A stretch of 64,000 nt of DNA from the NCBI GenBank assembly GCA_965219415.1, contig OZ244742.1, positions 1,472,001-1,536,000 on the forward strand. Reading direction: 5' to 3'. The translations under genes were made by a program, and so were the position numbers. The stretch comes from Candidatus Marinacidobacterales bacterium. GTDB taxonomy: Bacteria; Acidobacteriota; Vicinamibacteria; Marinacidobacterales; DATDRI01. The stretch's first letter is position 1. Each line of letters begins with the position of its first letter. The notes under the pieces are model-generated. The model saw only the letters and a program-made list of their open reading frames with translations, ran no database searches and was not told the DNA's origin. This document shows, in pieces, positions 39,173 to 49,501 of the stretch.

Positions 39173-39581
39173 CTAGGCGTCCGGATCGATCCCGTGCTCC
39201 CGGAGCCATTCGCGCGCGCGTGCCTACCTTCGCGGCCCTGAAACTGTGCCATTGTTTCCGTCGGGTCGGGTATTTCTGAAGCGCCTCTTCGAAACGCTGG
39301 AAAGCTCCCTTACCGATGAGGGCTTGATTCAGCTCTTCGATCAAACCGTCGTCGGGAAGCGATTCGACGAAATCCTCCATGATCTGGAAACGCTCGTTGG
39401 TGGTAAACGGAGAGATGTGGAGATATCGATCGGCCTCTGTCTCCATGTCACCGGGACCCTCGCCAAACTCTTCAGACACCATGACCACCTCACCGGTTTC
39501 GCGGTCATAGTAGTTCTGGATGGTGTCTAACTGCGACTCGAGCGCGTGGACCAGCGCCTCTAGACTCGCGGGGGAATCCAT
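39173..39581 (-). CDS. UPF0158 family protein (frameshift near 39222)
   Basis: YYDRETGEV, FQIMEDFV, GKGAFQRF; shifted frame supplies AREWLREHGIDPDA-stop. Confidence 0.8.
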
Positions 39582-39718
39582 GGCCCGACGGCTTTCCTTT
39601 CTTTGTGGGCGTCAAAACGCGCTTCGGCCGTTACGAATCGCTAAACCAATCTTGGTTGGCCGTGGGCACATCCTATGACACCGAACGCCGTCCGCCAAGT
39701 GGAATCCCGCTCGAGGGC

Positions 39719-40543
39719 TCAATTTCGCTCGGGGCGCCGGCGAATGAGCCGGCTCCACCACGCCGGCCGGAGTAACCGCTCGAGTTCCGGCATCGATCGG
39801 CGCATCTCCTCACGACCGGTTTCGATGATCTCGGGAGCCTGGTTCAGATCCTGCCAACTCACTCCCGGCAGTTCCGGAGCTACGACCAACTCTGCACCCG
39901 CAACGTACTGGCTCGTCACCTCACGGCTCATGAGATAGACCGATTGCGAGATCACCTGTAGCAAATTCAGTGGCTCCCCGAGTCGTAGCACCCCCTTGGT
40001 CGGGTCGATCGCAAGCACCACCTCCCCGCCCATGTCTCGCGCAAGGTCGGCCGGGACGTTACAGGAAACACCGCCATCTACCAGGAGCCTGCCTCCTTGC
40101 TCCACCGGTAGAAAAACTCCCGGGATGGCGCAGCTCGCGAGGAGCGCAGACACCAACTCTCCTTGGTCGATAACGACCCGCTCACCGGTGTTCAGATCGG
40201 TGGCGACAACGGTTAGAGGGATCGGTAGGTCTTCGAACCGAGTCGCGGGCACGACTTTGCGAATCAAGGCCTCTAGCCTCTCCAGCGAGAGGAGACCGCG
40301 ACGAGAAAAGGCGGGGCGAGCCAGGGATCGCCAAGTGAGCGCTGCGGCTTCCCTCTCCAGAACATCAGGATCCGCGCCGGCAGCGAAGGCGGCTCCGATG
40401 ATGCTACCCGCACTGGTTCCGGCGATCGCAGATACTCGGATACCGTTGGCGACCAGTACCTGCAGGACACCAATGTGAGTCAGGGAGCGAGCCGCCCCAC
40501 CACCCAGGGCGAGCCCGAGGCGGCGGTTGCTGGCCCGTTTCAA
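39719..40543 (-). CDS. Patatin-like phospholipase
   Basis: LGGGAAR, GTSAG, DGG; TTG start overlapping the lepB stop. Confidence 0.9.
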   Translation of the reverse strand: MKRASNRRLGLALGGGAARSLTHIGVLQVLVANGIRVSAIAGTSAGSIIGAAFAAGADPDVLEREAAALTWRSLARPAFSRRGLLSLERLEALIRKVVPATRFEDLPIPLTVVATDLNTGERVVIDQGELVSALLASCAIPGVFLPVEQGGRLLVDGGVSCNVPADLARDMGGEVVLAIDPTKGVLRLGEPLNLLQVISQSVYLMSREVTSQYVAGAELVVAPELPGVSWQDLNQAPEIIETGREEMRRSMPELERLLRPAWWSRLIRRRPERN

Positions 40544-41223
40544 CGGATGGTTCCGAACTCGCGGGGGGGCCAAATACGAAGAAAAGCCTTCCCATAGATG
40601 TATCGCTGCGGGACGAGTCCCCAACTCCGGCTATCATTGCTACCGCGCCGGTTGTCACCGAGAACGAAGTAATGTCCCGCACGGACTTCCTGAGAAGGAG
40701 AGCTTCGTCGGTCGACGTGCTCCGGCTTCACGTACGGCTCTTCAACAAGCTCGCCGTTCACGAGGAGCTTGCCGCGCCTTATTTCGACCCTATCACCGGG
40801 GAGAGCCGCTACCCGTTTGATGAAGGAGACGTCGGGATCTTCCGTGTACCAAAACACGACGACATCGCCGCGGGCGATGGGACGAAAGTTATAAATGAAC
40901 TTGTTGACCAGAATGCGCTCGCCGTCTGCCAGCTCCGGAGCCATGCTAGTCCCCTGCACCTTGAACGCTTGGACAACATAAGTAATGAGCAGCGCACAGA
41001 TCACGACCGCGATGGCAAGATCGTGAAGCAGATCGATGACGTGCCGAAAGGGGCGAACCCTTGGTTTAGAAACGATCGGCACGCCGAGGGTGGTCGACTC
41101 GGCGGCGGGTGCCGGTGCAGCGGGGTCGTCTTCAGTAATAAAAGGTTCCGTCAATTCCTTACTCTGGGAGTTGCGCGTGCGCGTGAGGCGTCCGCTTACC
41201 CGCCGTCTGTTCAGGACCGCCAA
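40540..41223 (-). CDS. lepB: Signal peptidase I
   Basis: GTSMAP Ser, FIKRV Lys, GDNRRGSNDSR; exact start uncertain. Confidence 0.92.
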   Translation of the reverse strand: MAVLNRRRVSGRLTRTRNSQSKELTEPFITEDDPAAPAPAAESTTLGVPIVSKPRVRPFRHVIDLLHDLAIAVVICALLITYVVQAFKVQGTSMAPELADGERILVNKFIYNFRPIARGDVVVFWYTEDPDVSFIKRVAALPGDRVEIRRGKLLVNGELVEEPYVKPEHVDRRSSPSQEVRAGHYFVLGDNRRGSNDSRSWGLVPQRYIYGKAFLRIWPPREFGTIR

Positions 41224-42806
41224 ACGACGCAGGTGTCCGCCAGCCGATCGTGAAGCCCACGCTTGTCATCAGAAACGGCAATCAGCAGGAAGCCGATACC
41301 GAGCACGAAGCTATTGATAGTGTATCCCATCAACCTCAACATAGCGCGCCGCCATCCAATAGGCGTCTCCCCGGACATGGTGACTACGCTAAGGCCGAGA
41401 ATCTGCTTGCCGGGGGTCGCCCCACGTAGTGCCCAGAAGTAGACCGGATACACGATGGAAAGCACGAGGGTAACGATTCCGCCAACGATCGGGAGAAGAA
41501 ACATGCTCGGCGTGACCTGGGGCAGACTACCCATCGTACCCTGCTCCATGAGAGAAAACGCCCATACCCCTGTGGCCAAGATGATCGGCAAGCTCACGAT
41601 GGCGGAATCGACGGAATAAGCCGCGAACCGTATCCAAAAGCCGGCCGGCCGGCCCATCGTAGCTTGAGACCCCGTTGACGGTCGTCGACTCGCGGCTCGC
41701 GGCGACGATCGAATTTGCCGGATCGGTGCGGGCGCTCTTTGTGGTTCGGCCGGTTCAGGTTGAGGAACCACGGAGCCAGAGACCCGGCCCACTGGAGCCC
41801 CGTCGTCGGGAGGCACTCCTATGGCATCGCGCGGGTTTTTGACATCAGCTGGCGCCGAGCTCGGTGCTGCGCTTCCTGGCGCGAGCGAGGAGTGAACCGG
41901 CACTGGTGGAGCGATGGGCGCCGGTTGTGGCTTCGCAGGTGCGACGGGCTGAGGCTGCGCAGGTGCAACGGGCTGAGGCTGCACTGGAGCGGGTTGAGGT
42001 TGTATTGGTGCAACGGGTTGAGGTTGTATTGGTGCAACGGGTTGAGGCTGCGCTGGAACGGGTTGAGGTTGTACTGGTGCAACGGGTTGAGGCTGCGCTG
42101 GAACGGATTGAGGTTGTACTGGTGCAACGGGTTGAGGATGCGCAGGCGTGAGGGGCTGAGGCTGCGCAGATGAAGCGGGTGGAACAGGTTGAGCCGGCCC
42201 GCCGGCATGAGGGCGCGGCACTTCGCTCAACAGGACTTTTCCGCAAGCCCCACAAAACTTGGCGGGAAGCATCACTACCGCACTGCAGCTCTTGCAAGCG
42301 ATCTGCTTGGCGGAAGAGTCGGGTAGCTGTTCACCACACTGGCGGCAAAAGTGGTCGAAAGGACTAGCCTGCTCTCCGCAGGCGACGCACGAGAGTCCGG
42401 CCTGGCCTGGTTGGCGCGGGACCCTTGGTAGCGCAGAAGGAAGTGGCGAGGCCGGTGTGACCGGCATGGGTTGCGTGGCCAGCGGGCCAGCAACCGGAGG
42501 GGATGCGTCTACCGCGTTCTCGGCGGCGAAAAGTAGCCGCGCCGACCCGATGGCGATGAGATCGCCATCTCGGAGCGGTTGCTCGCCCACGACTCGATCG
42601 CCATTGACCAGAGTTCCATTGGAGCTACTGTTGTCGCGGATCACAAACTCTTCGCCCCGGCGCTCGAGGATCGCGTGACGACGTGACACCATCGCGTCCG
42701 ATAGCACAAGATCGTTCGAGGGATCGCGGCCGATCGAAACGATCTTGCCGTCAACCGGAATTTCCTTCTTCGCGCCGGACGTCGGGTTGATGATCAACTT
42801 GGCCAA
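41211..42806 (-). CDS. FHA - double zinc ribbon - Pro/Gln linker - RDD membrane protein
   Basis: IGRD..SRRHA..SSNGT FHA; four CxxC; AGFWIRFAAY..D, TPGK, LHDRLADT RDD. Confidence 0.88.
   Translation of the reverse strand: MAKLIINPTSGAKKEIPVDGKIVSIGRDPSNDLVLSDAMVSRRHAILERRGEEFVIRDNSSSNGTLVNGDRVVGEQPLRDGDLIAIGSARLLFAAENAVDASPPVAGPLATQPMPVTPASPLPSALPRVPRQPGQAGLSCVACGEQASPFDHFCRQCGEQLPDSSAKQIACKSCSAVVMLPAKFCGACGKVLLSEVPRPHAGGPAQPVPPASSAQPQPLTPAHPQPVAPVQPQSVPAQPQPVAPVQPQPVPAQPQPVAPIQPQPVAPIQPQPAPVQPQPVAPAQPQPVAPAKPQPAPIAPPVPVHSSLAPGSAAPSSAPADVKNPRDAIGVPPDDGAPVGRVSGSVVPQPEPAEPQRAPAPIRQIRSSPRAASRRPSTGSQATMGRPAGFWIRFAAYSVDSAIVSLPIILATGVWAFSLMEQGTMGSLPQVTPSMFLLPIVGGIVTLVLSIVYPVYFWALRGATPGKQILGLSVVTMSGETPIGWRRAMLRLMGYTINSFVLGIGFLLIAVSDDKRGLHDRLADTCVVWRS
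41920..42170 (-). repeat. Coding tandem repeat of 18/21-nt units (QPQPVAP)
   Basis: About 10-11 units of the GGTTGAGGTTGTAYTGGTGCAACG type. Confidence 0.85.
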
Positions 42807-42809
42807 GAC

Positions 42810-45097
42810 TCACTTACCCCTTCGAAATGTAAACCGCTTGCGCATTCGCAGCTTGACGCGGACGCCATTCTTGGTGGCCGGCTCATGCCGCCAAGCGCTT
42901 ATGGTATCGATGACCGCTTGGTCGAAGACATCTCCTCCGGACTGCTCGACTTCAATCGCTTCCACCGTTCCCGTCTCGGTGACGATGAAACTGACTTGCA
43001 CTGAGCCTTCCAGCTTCGCTCGACGAGCCACCTCGGGGTACCTCACCCCTGGGCACTTGATGCATTTGGGGTCGACAACTCCCGGCCCTCGCTCCACCAG
43101 GTCGCCCTCACTCACCTTGAGAGTAACGGGCGCCGGCTGGGGTTGTTCCTTTTCGCGTGGCTCAAGCGTCGCGGAGATGCGCTCGGTCGCTCCAGCTCTC
43201 AGTGCGATTCTTGTTTCCCATCGGTTCGAAGCCCATCTTCTGCAGCCGAATCGTGCGCTGGCCCGGATGGGCCCGGAGCCTCTGGAGCGGTGTGGTTCCC
43301 GCAGGCTTGCCGTCGACTAGAACCTGAGCGCCTGCCGGAGTGCTGTCGACACGGAGAACGCCAAGCTGAGGTTGGGGAGCCGGCTCACTCTTCAAAGGGA
43401 CACTCAAGGTGGCACGCGGGTTATCGGCATTGAGCTCGGCACTCAGTTCCTCGGCTTCGTACCCAGTTTTTTCCAAGCCGAACGGTGTAGCTCCCCAGCT
43501 CCAGCTCGAGAATCTCGAGTGGCGTCAATCCCAATTTCGCCCCGTTGATCAACACACTAGCGCCGATCGGCTCACTTTCGATCGAGAGAATGCCGCCCGG
43601 TTGCTCCAACACATCGGTGGCCACAGGCTTCGCTGCCGCAAGTTCACTCATCGCTACACCCGCCTCACTCACAGACGATGACGGCGACTGGGTCTTCCCT
43701 CCCGAGGTAGATAGCGTCATCACCGCTACCAAGCCGACGACGACGACAACCAACGCGGTTCCAACCGCAGCGACCAGTCCACACCGCTGCTGGCATAGTT
43801 GATGAACTGCTGCCAAGCTGGACGGAACGTGCTCACTCACCGATCGGGCGATTCGCGTCGGCAGGTTGGCTGCCGGTACTCCGGTGCGGGTCGGCGCTAA
43901 GCCCCCCGAGACGGTTCTGGTCTCGTCGCTAGGAGCCGAATCACCGCGTGCCGGAAGAGCTCGGGAGGAAACGGACTCTTTCGGCGTCTCTTCACTCGTC
44001 GAACCGATGTTCGCTTCCGAAGAGCCCCAGAACGCGGGGTTGTCTTTCACCGTCTCCGCTCCCCCTTCAAAAACCACCTCTTCGTCCTCATCTTCGACTC
44101 CGTCGTCCACTTCCATGAGATTGGCCGGCGCGGGTTCCTTTTCTTGCTTCTCGGGACCCGGCGGTGGCGGTGACGGACTACGGGAGGATGCAATCTTGTC
44201 GGGCGCGGTCATGTAGACTGTTTCACCCTCGAGTGACCCGAACCAGGAGCCTAAGACAGAGCTCCAGCTCGGAGACGAAATTTGCTCCCGTCCCGTACCG
44301 ATCCGGCGGGTTTTTGGAAAGGACTTTGGAGAACACTTGATGCCATTTGTCCGGCAAGAGTCCGAGCACCTCGAGGTTGGGAGGTCGGACTGGATCGGCG
44401 TGGACGAGCTTGTACAAGATCGACGTCACGTTGTTCCCGGGAAACGGTTGCTGCCCGGAAAGCATCTCGAAGGCAACGACGCCCAGAGAAAAGATATCGG
44501 ACCGGCCGTCCAGACTCTCACCCATCGCCTGCTCGGGCGACATGTAGCTAGGAGTACCTAGTAGAGATCCGCTGTGCGTGATGTCCGAGTCCCACCAGCT
44601 TCGCGATGCCGAAGTCGGTGACCTTCACCTTCTCCCCATCGTGAACGATGATGTTGGAGGGCTTGATGTCCCGGTGGATCACACCCTTGGCATGAGCGTA
44701 GTCGATGGCCGCCGCCATCTGGGATACCAACCCGATGACTTGCTCGGGCCGGAAATGTCTCCCTTCGCTCAAAACGTCGGCAATCGTTTCACCCGCGATG
44801 TACTCCATCGCCAGGAAAGGAACTTTGTCGTCCGTTTCCCCGATGTCGAAGAGGGTGACGATGTTGGGATGGGACAAATGTCCCAGAGATCCTCGCCTCG
44901 TGATAGAAGCGCTCGATGAACGTGCGGTAATGCGGGCTCTGCGGTGGAATGTCCAGGCGGATGGTCTTAATGGCGATCGTTCGCTTGATCAGCGGATCGA
45001 AGGCTTTGTAGACCGCGCCCATCGCGCCGAAGCCGATCGACTCGACGATCTGATAACGGCCGACTTTATTCGGGACCTCTTCTCGAGGAGCGTTCAA
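42810..45097 (-). CDS. Ser/Thr protein kinase - TM - PEGA x2 - TonB C-terminal fusion, broken by several frameshifts
   Basis: GFGAMGAVY, AIK, HPNIV, HRDIKPSN, DFG, GTPSYMSPEQ, DIFSLG; GLTPL/GTTPL PEGA; YPEVARRAKLEGSV TonB_C, in successive frames. Confidence 0.8.
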
Positions 45098-45379
45098 GGA
45101 GACCCTCCAAGGGCCAGGACACTAGTCCGGAAACTCAAGAAGCTCGACGCCCAGAACAACAACGGTAACTGCCTCTAATTTAATTAACTTGAACCTATCA
45201 TAACCCTTTACGAGTGTCAATGCGGTTTGCTCCGACCACTTGGCGATTCGGCCCATTTCGCACTTTTCAATTGCCCCGCCCCGACCGGTCGAAGTTGCCA
45301 CTCGAGTTGCCTAATTGTAAGACCGGTTACATCGTCCCCGCCAAGAGACCGTTATTCTCGGGACAGCAGGCACCGATAT

Positions 45380-45720
45380 CGGAGGGAAATACTAACACGT
45401 CGAGTGGGGCCGCTGGGCCGGACGCCGATTCCGTCCGAGCCATCAAAGCAGTCGGCGACCGCACCCGTCTTCAGATTCTCCACATCTTGCTCAGCGGCGA
45501 GGAGTGTGTGACCGACATCGCGCGCCAGCTAGGACTCGCCCAGCCGCGCATCTCCCACCACCTCACGATCCTGCGAAACTCCGGACTGGTAAGGGACCGA
45601 CGCAACGGCAAGCAGATCTTCTACTCGGTCAATCCCGACTTCCGGGTCAATTCCAACGGCGGCCCCACTAAGAACGCTATCCAGGTGGACTGCCTATGCA
45701 TCGAGTTCCCCCGGAGCTGA
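45380..45720 (+). CDS. ArsR/SmtB family regulator with C-terminal CxC (start unresolved)
   Basis: KAVGDRTRLQIL, CVTDIA, QPRISHHLTILR..GLV; GGAGG at 45381 without an adjacent ATG. Confidence 0.8.
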
Positions 45721-45831
45721 AGCTCCCGCCTCTATCCCACGCGAAACCCAACGTTTACACCGAGCGCCGCGCTCGTCTGCGGGGCGAGCTATGATAGCCT
45801 TCGGACCGGGAGCGCGATCGAGACGGAACGA

Positions 45832-47463
45832 ATGATGGACTCGGCAAAAAAACTGGATTACCGGGAGCTCGCTTCCTACAAGCCCCTTTTTCTCGACTAC
45901 GTTTATCGTTTCGATCGCTTGGCGCCGTATTTCTCCGGCGACCCTGGTGATCCCGACGCGTGGCGTCGGGTAGCGAAGAAGGTCTCCGACTACCCGAGAC
46001 AACCCGAACGTGTCGCGAAAATGCTGCACCGACAAAACCGCAAGATGGGGGCCGACCCCGCGGTATCGAAAGCGCTCGACGCGCTCGCGAACGGCGCCTT
46101 GGCCATCGTGACTGGCCAGCAAGTAGGCCTCTTTGGGGGCCCTCTTTACAGCCTGTACAAGGCGCTTACCGCCGTTCAGCTTGCAAGAAAAATTAGCCCC
46201 ATGGTCGGCCGACCGGTGGTCGCCCTTTTCTGGATGGATGCCGACGATCACGACTTCGAAGAAATTAGCTCGGTGAATTTGATCGACCCATCGCAAGAAT
46301 TGCTCGCGCTGAGCTACCAACCGCCGGAGCTTCAAAAAGGTGCACCGGTCGGAGCTCTTCCCCTCGAGAGCTCCATCGAGGAACTGGTAGCGCGCGCCGG
46401 GGAGTGTCTCGGCCCGTCGGAGTTCAAGGAGGAAATCCTGGAGGCGCTGGGGGAAAGCTACGCGCCAGGAAGGACCCTCGCTGAGGCTTTCGGCAGTTGG
46501 CTGCTCCGCATGACCCGAGGAACCGGCCTGGCGGTCGTCGATCCCACCGCACCGTCACTCAAGTCCATGGCCGCTACGCTCTTTCAGCGTGAGACCTCTG
46601 ACAAGTCCGAGAGTACACGGCTCGTCGAAGAGACGACCCGCAAATTGGTATCCCAGGGCTACCACGCCCAAGCCGGCACCGCCGACCATCGGCTGAACGT
46701 GCTCTATTCCGATCCCGTTCGTTCCCACATCACCGTCGAAGACTCCGGCTTTCGTCTTTCCGACCATGGCTCCGCAATGAGCCCGGAGGAGCTTTCGAAG
46801 CTAGTCGACGAGTCACCAGAGCGTTTCAGCGCCAACGTCCTGCTGCGTCCGCTCGTTCAGGATCATCTGCTTCCCACGATTAGCTACGTGGGAGGGCCCA
46901 ACGAGTTGGCCTACCTCGCTCAGCTGGGTGCCGTCTACGACCACTTCGGGGTTCCCATGCCCCTGATCGTCCCGCGCTCCAGCATCACCGTTGTAGAGAA
47001 GGCAGCGGCAAAATTCTTGAGCCGCCATGGACTCAAGCTCTCGGACTTGCGCGCCAACGACGAATCGGTTTTGAACGATATCCTGAAAGACCTCGCGCCG
47101 CCGCAGCTAGACGAGGACCTTGCACGCGCCCGCACGTGCATCCAGGAAATCACGCAGACGTTGGAGAAAGATCTCGCCGCCGTCGATCCGACGCTAGCTT
47201 CGACCGCCAAGTCGACGCGTGGCAAGTTACTTCACCACCTCGGGGAGCTCGAAACCAAGAGCCGACGCGCGATCAAGAAAAAGAACGATACGCTGCGTCG
47301 CCAGTTCTTCTCCGCCCGAACCGCACTATTCCCGAATTTCGATATGCAGGAGCGACAGCTGTCGCCGGTTCAATATTTGGCCAAGTACGGCTGGCACTTC
47401 ACGGATATGGTGCGAGAGAGTATTGACATGGAGGAACCGGGGCACGTGTTGCTATTTCCTTAA
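45832..47463 (+). CDS. bshC: Bacillithiol biosynthesis cysteine-adding enzyme BshC
   Basis: VTGQQVGLFGGPLY..YKA, DHDFEE, SANVLLRP..QD..LP, GGPNELAY..Q, QER. Confidence 0.93.
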   Translation: MMDSAKKLDYRELASYKPLFLDYVYRFDRLAPYFSGDPGDPDAWRRVAKKVSDYPRQPERVAKMLHRQNRKMGADPAVSKALDALANGALAIVTGQQVGLFGGPLYSLYKALTAVQLARKISPMVGRPVVALFWMDADDHDFEEISSVNLIDPSQELLALSYQPPELQKGAPVGALPLESSIEELVARAGECLGPSEFKEEILEALGESYAPGRTLAEAFGSWLLRMTRGTGLAVVDPTAPSLKSMAATLFQRETSDKSESTRLVEETTRKLVSQGYHAQAGTADHRLNVLYSDPVRSHITVEDSGFRLSDHGSAMSPEELSKLVDESPERFSANVLLRPLVQDHLLPTISYVGGPNELAYLAQLGAVYDHFGVPMPLIVPRSSITVVEKAAAKFLSRHGLKLSDLRANDESVLNDILKDLAPPQLDEDLARARTCIQEITQTLEKDLAAVDPTLASTAKSTRGKLLHHLGELETKSRRAIKKKNDTLRRQFFSARTALFPNFDMQERQLSPVQYLAKYGWHFTDMVRESIDMEEPGHVLLFP

Positions 47464-47491
47464 TTAGAGGTCGGTCGCCTCCTCTCTCAGC

Positions 47492-47594
47492 TGCACTCTC
47501 ACTCTTCGTTCGGGCGCTCGCGCGCCGTCGGCAAGCGACTACGCGCGGGCTGAGGGCTCTGGCTCCCTCCCGGCGCTCGCTCTTCGCTCGCGCG
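47492..47594 (-). repeat. Dispersed ~95-100 bp intergenic repeat, copy B
   Basis: Reverse complement aligns at both ends with 12826-12917. Confidence 0.65.
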
Positions 47595-47771
47595 AAAAAC
47601 CATGGTTCCCTTACCCTGCATTCCGCCAACAATTCCTCCCGACCCGGCGGTGCTCACGCGCCGTTTGGCGAGGGCCCCCCGCCGAGACGCAGCGATCTTC
47701 TCTTGAATAAACGCCACGCCAGATGCAGCGGGACACTGCTTTCTTCTCCCTCGAGGCAACCTGACCCGAAA

Positions 47772-49160
47772 CTACCCTCCGGAAGCCTGGGGAGTGAGGG
47801 TGTATCCGAGAGCTTCGGCTGCCTTTTGTAAACCGTTGATGTGGTTTTGGCGAAAACGGTCTTCGAAGGCGCGTTCGCCGATATCGATGTAATCGTGGCC
47901 ATATTTGAGCATGCGGAAGACGAGCTGGGCGAGCTTGCGTGCTGTAGCAAAGACGGCGGTTTTGCCATCTTTACGGCGAGCAGTGCGGCGATAGTAAGCG
48001 CCTAGGGCGGTCTTGGAGCGGGAGAGAGATACAGCGGCCATACGTAAGGCACCGGCGATGCGATTGGAGCCGGTGCCGTTGCGGCGTTTGGAGAGTTGTT
48101 TACCGCCGGAGATAGGGCGACGTGGGGCGAGATGTAGCCATGAGACGAAGAATTTTTCGAAAGGGAAATCAGAGAGGTCGAATCCGATCTCGGTGAGGAC
48201 AATGGCGGCGGTGGTTGGACTGATTCCGTCGATCCTGGTGAGGTCGCATCCAGCAAAACGCCACAGCTCGTTGCGCAGTTCGCTCTCGCCCCGATGCTGC
48301 ATGTCGTATCGTTTTTGCGGATTTGGATGAGCTGGCACGTTGTGGTGTCTGCGTTGTGGCGGCTGGAGTTCGATGAGCACTTCAAGGATACGCTGGTCGA
48401 ACAGTTCGACTTCGGCTTGTAGCGCATCGTAGAGACGCAGAGCCGATGCGAGGTTGAAAAGATGCTCGTCACGCCAAGTGCCGGTAAGATGCTCGGCGAT
48501 CTCCTCTTCGCTCTTCTTGCAGCGTTGGTCACGAAATGCAGCCAGCTTTGACGGGTCACGCTCACCATCAACGATGGCGCGCACGATGAGCATGCCTGTG
48601 ACGCCGGTAATGTCGGTCACTGCACGATGGACCTGAACGTTCATTTGGTCCAGAGATTTCTGTATCCATTGAATAGCTCGACTACACTGCTCGATGAGGC
48701 TGCAACGCTGTCGGTGAAGCGAGCGTAGGCGGCAGATCGACTCACCAGGACGAAACGAGCCTCGCAACAGACCACAGCTGTGTAACAGCTGCAGCCACTG
48801 ACAGTCATGCATATCGGTTTTACGCCCGGGGACGTTTTTTAACTGTCGAGCATTTACCAGCACCACTTCAAGACCCCGCGATTCAAGCAACTCATAAATC
48901 GGAATCCAATAGACGTAGGTGCTTTCCATCGCAACCGATTCGACTCCTTGCTCGATGAGCCAATCCCCCATTTGATTCAAAGACGGTGTCGTTGGGGAAA
49001 ACACCCGCACGTTCACTTTACCGTCCGACAAGGCCGGCCCACATACCCAATGCTCACGACTGCCAATATCGATGCCTGCTACCTTCGACCTTGTCACCGG
49101 CAGCGATTGCGGCGACAGATTCTTCGACTTCCTACCACTCTTTTTCACGCGCTTGTGCAT
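47772..49160 (-). CDS. IS110 family DEDD transposase/recombinase
   Basis: GIDIG, AMESTYVYW, GRKTDMHD, catalytic-Ser ISGG, ATARKLA; GAGG RBS. Confidence 0.95.
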   Translation of the reverse strand: MHKRVKKSGRKSKNLSPQSLPVTRSKVAGIDIGSREHWVCGPALSDGKVNVRVFSPTTPSLNQMGDWLIEQGVESVAMESTYVYWIPIYELLESRGLEVVLVNARQLKNVPGRKTDMHDCQWLQLLHSCGLLRGSFRPGESICRLRSLHRQRCSLIEQCSRAIQWIQKSLDQMNVQVHRAVTDITGVTGMLIVRAIVDGERDPSKLAAFRDQRCKKSEEEIAEHLTGTWRDEHLFNLASALRLYDALQAEVELFDQRILEVLIELQPPQRRHHNVPAHPNPQKRYDMQHRGESELRNELWRFAGCDLTRIDGISPTTAAIVLTEIGFDLSDFPFEKFFVSWLHLAPRRPISGGKQLSKRRNGTGSNRIAGALRMAAVSLSRSKTALGAYYRRTARRKDGKTAVFATARKLAQLVFRMLKYGHDYIDIGERAFEDRFRQNHINGLQKAAEALGYTLTPQASGG

Positions 49161-49169
49161 CACTGACCT

Positions 49170-49365
49170 CACATGTATTTTTGTGAGTGAAGGCTCCGGC
49201 CCGAGATGGCGATTGTTAGGATTCTGACCCTGGGGAGTGCTTCCGTTCAAAGCCTCGCCAATGATAGGGAGCCGGATCGGACCCAAGCTCGTCCTGGGGC
49301 ATTAGTGCACCAGTGGTGCTACGGGGTTTAGCTGCCGGGGCCTTCACCGACAACCCTTTTATCAG
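49170..49365 (-). ncRNA. Putative IS110 bridge/seek RNA
   Basis: ~200-nt 5' non-coding end; 14-bp closing stem; internal stems; segments identical to the target and donor junctions. Confidence 0.6.
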
Positions 49366-49501
49366 CTCAGGTAGTTTCTCGCCTGATAGGGCCGGCCTCA
49401 GCCGGCGGCCTTGCTCGTCCGGACGAGGTTTTTCTCTGGGAGCTGCGGTACCCCGCTTCGCCTCTTTCGCGAGGCGCCGAGTACGGACCACCCGAAAAAG
49501 G

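Larger units (their letters stand above)
47760..49386 (-). mobile_element. IS110 family insertion sequence (complete)
   Basis: CCTGA core at 47760-47764 and 49382-49386; sub-terminal inverted repeats GAAACTACC (47768-47776) / GGTAGTTTC (49370-49378). Confidence 0.85.

Noticed and set aside
47654-49491. ~72-codon ORF restored by removing IS110
   Set aside because: No RBS or recognisable protein features; likely chance
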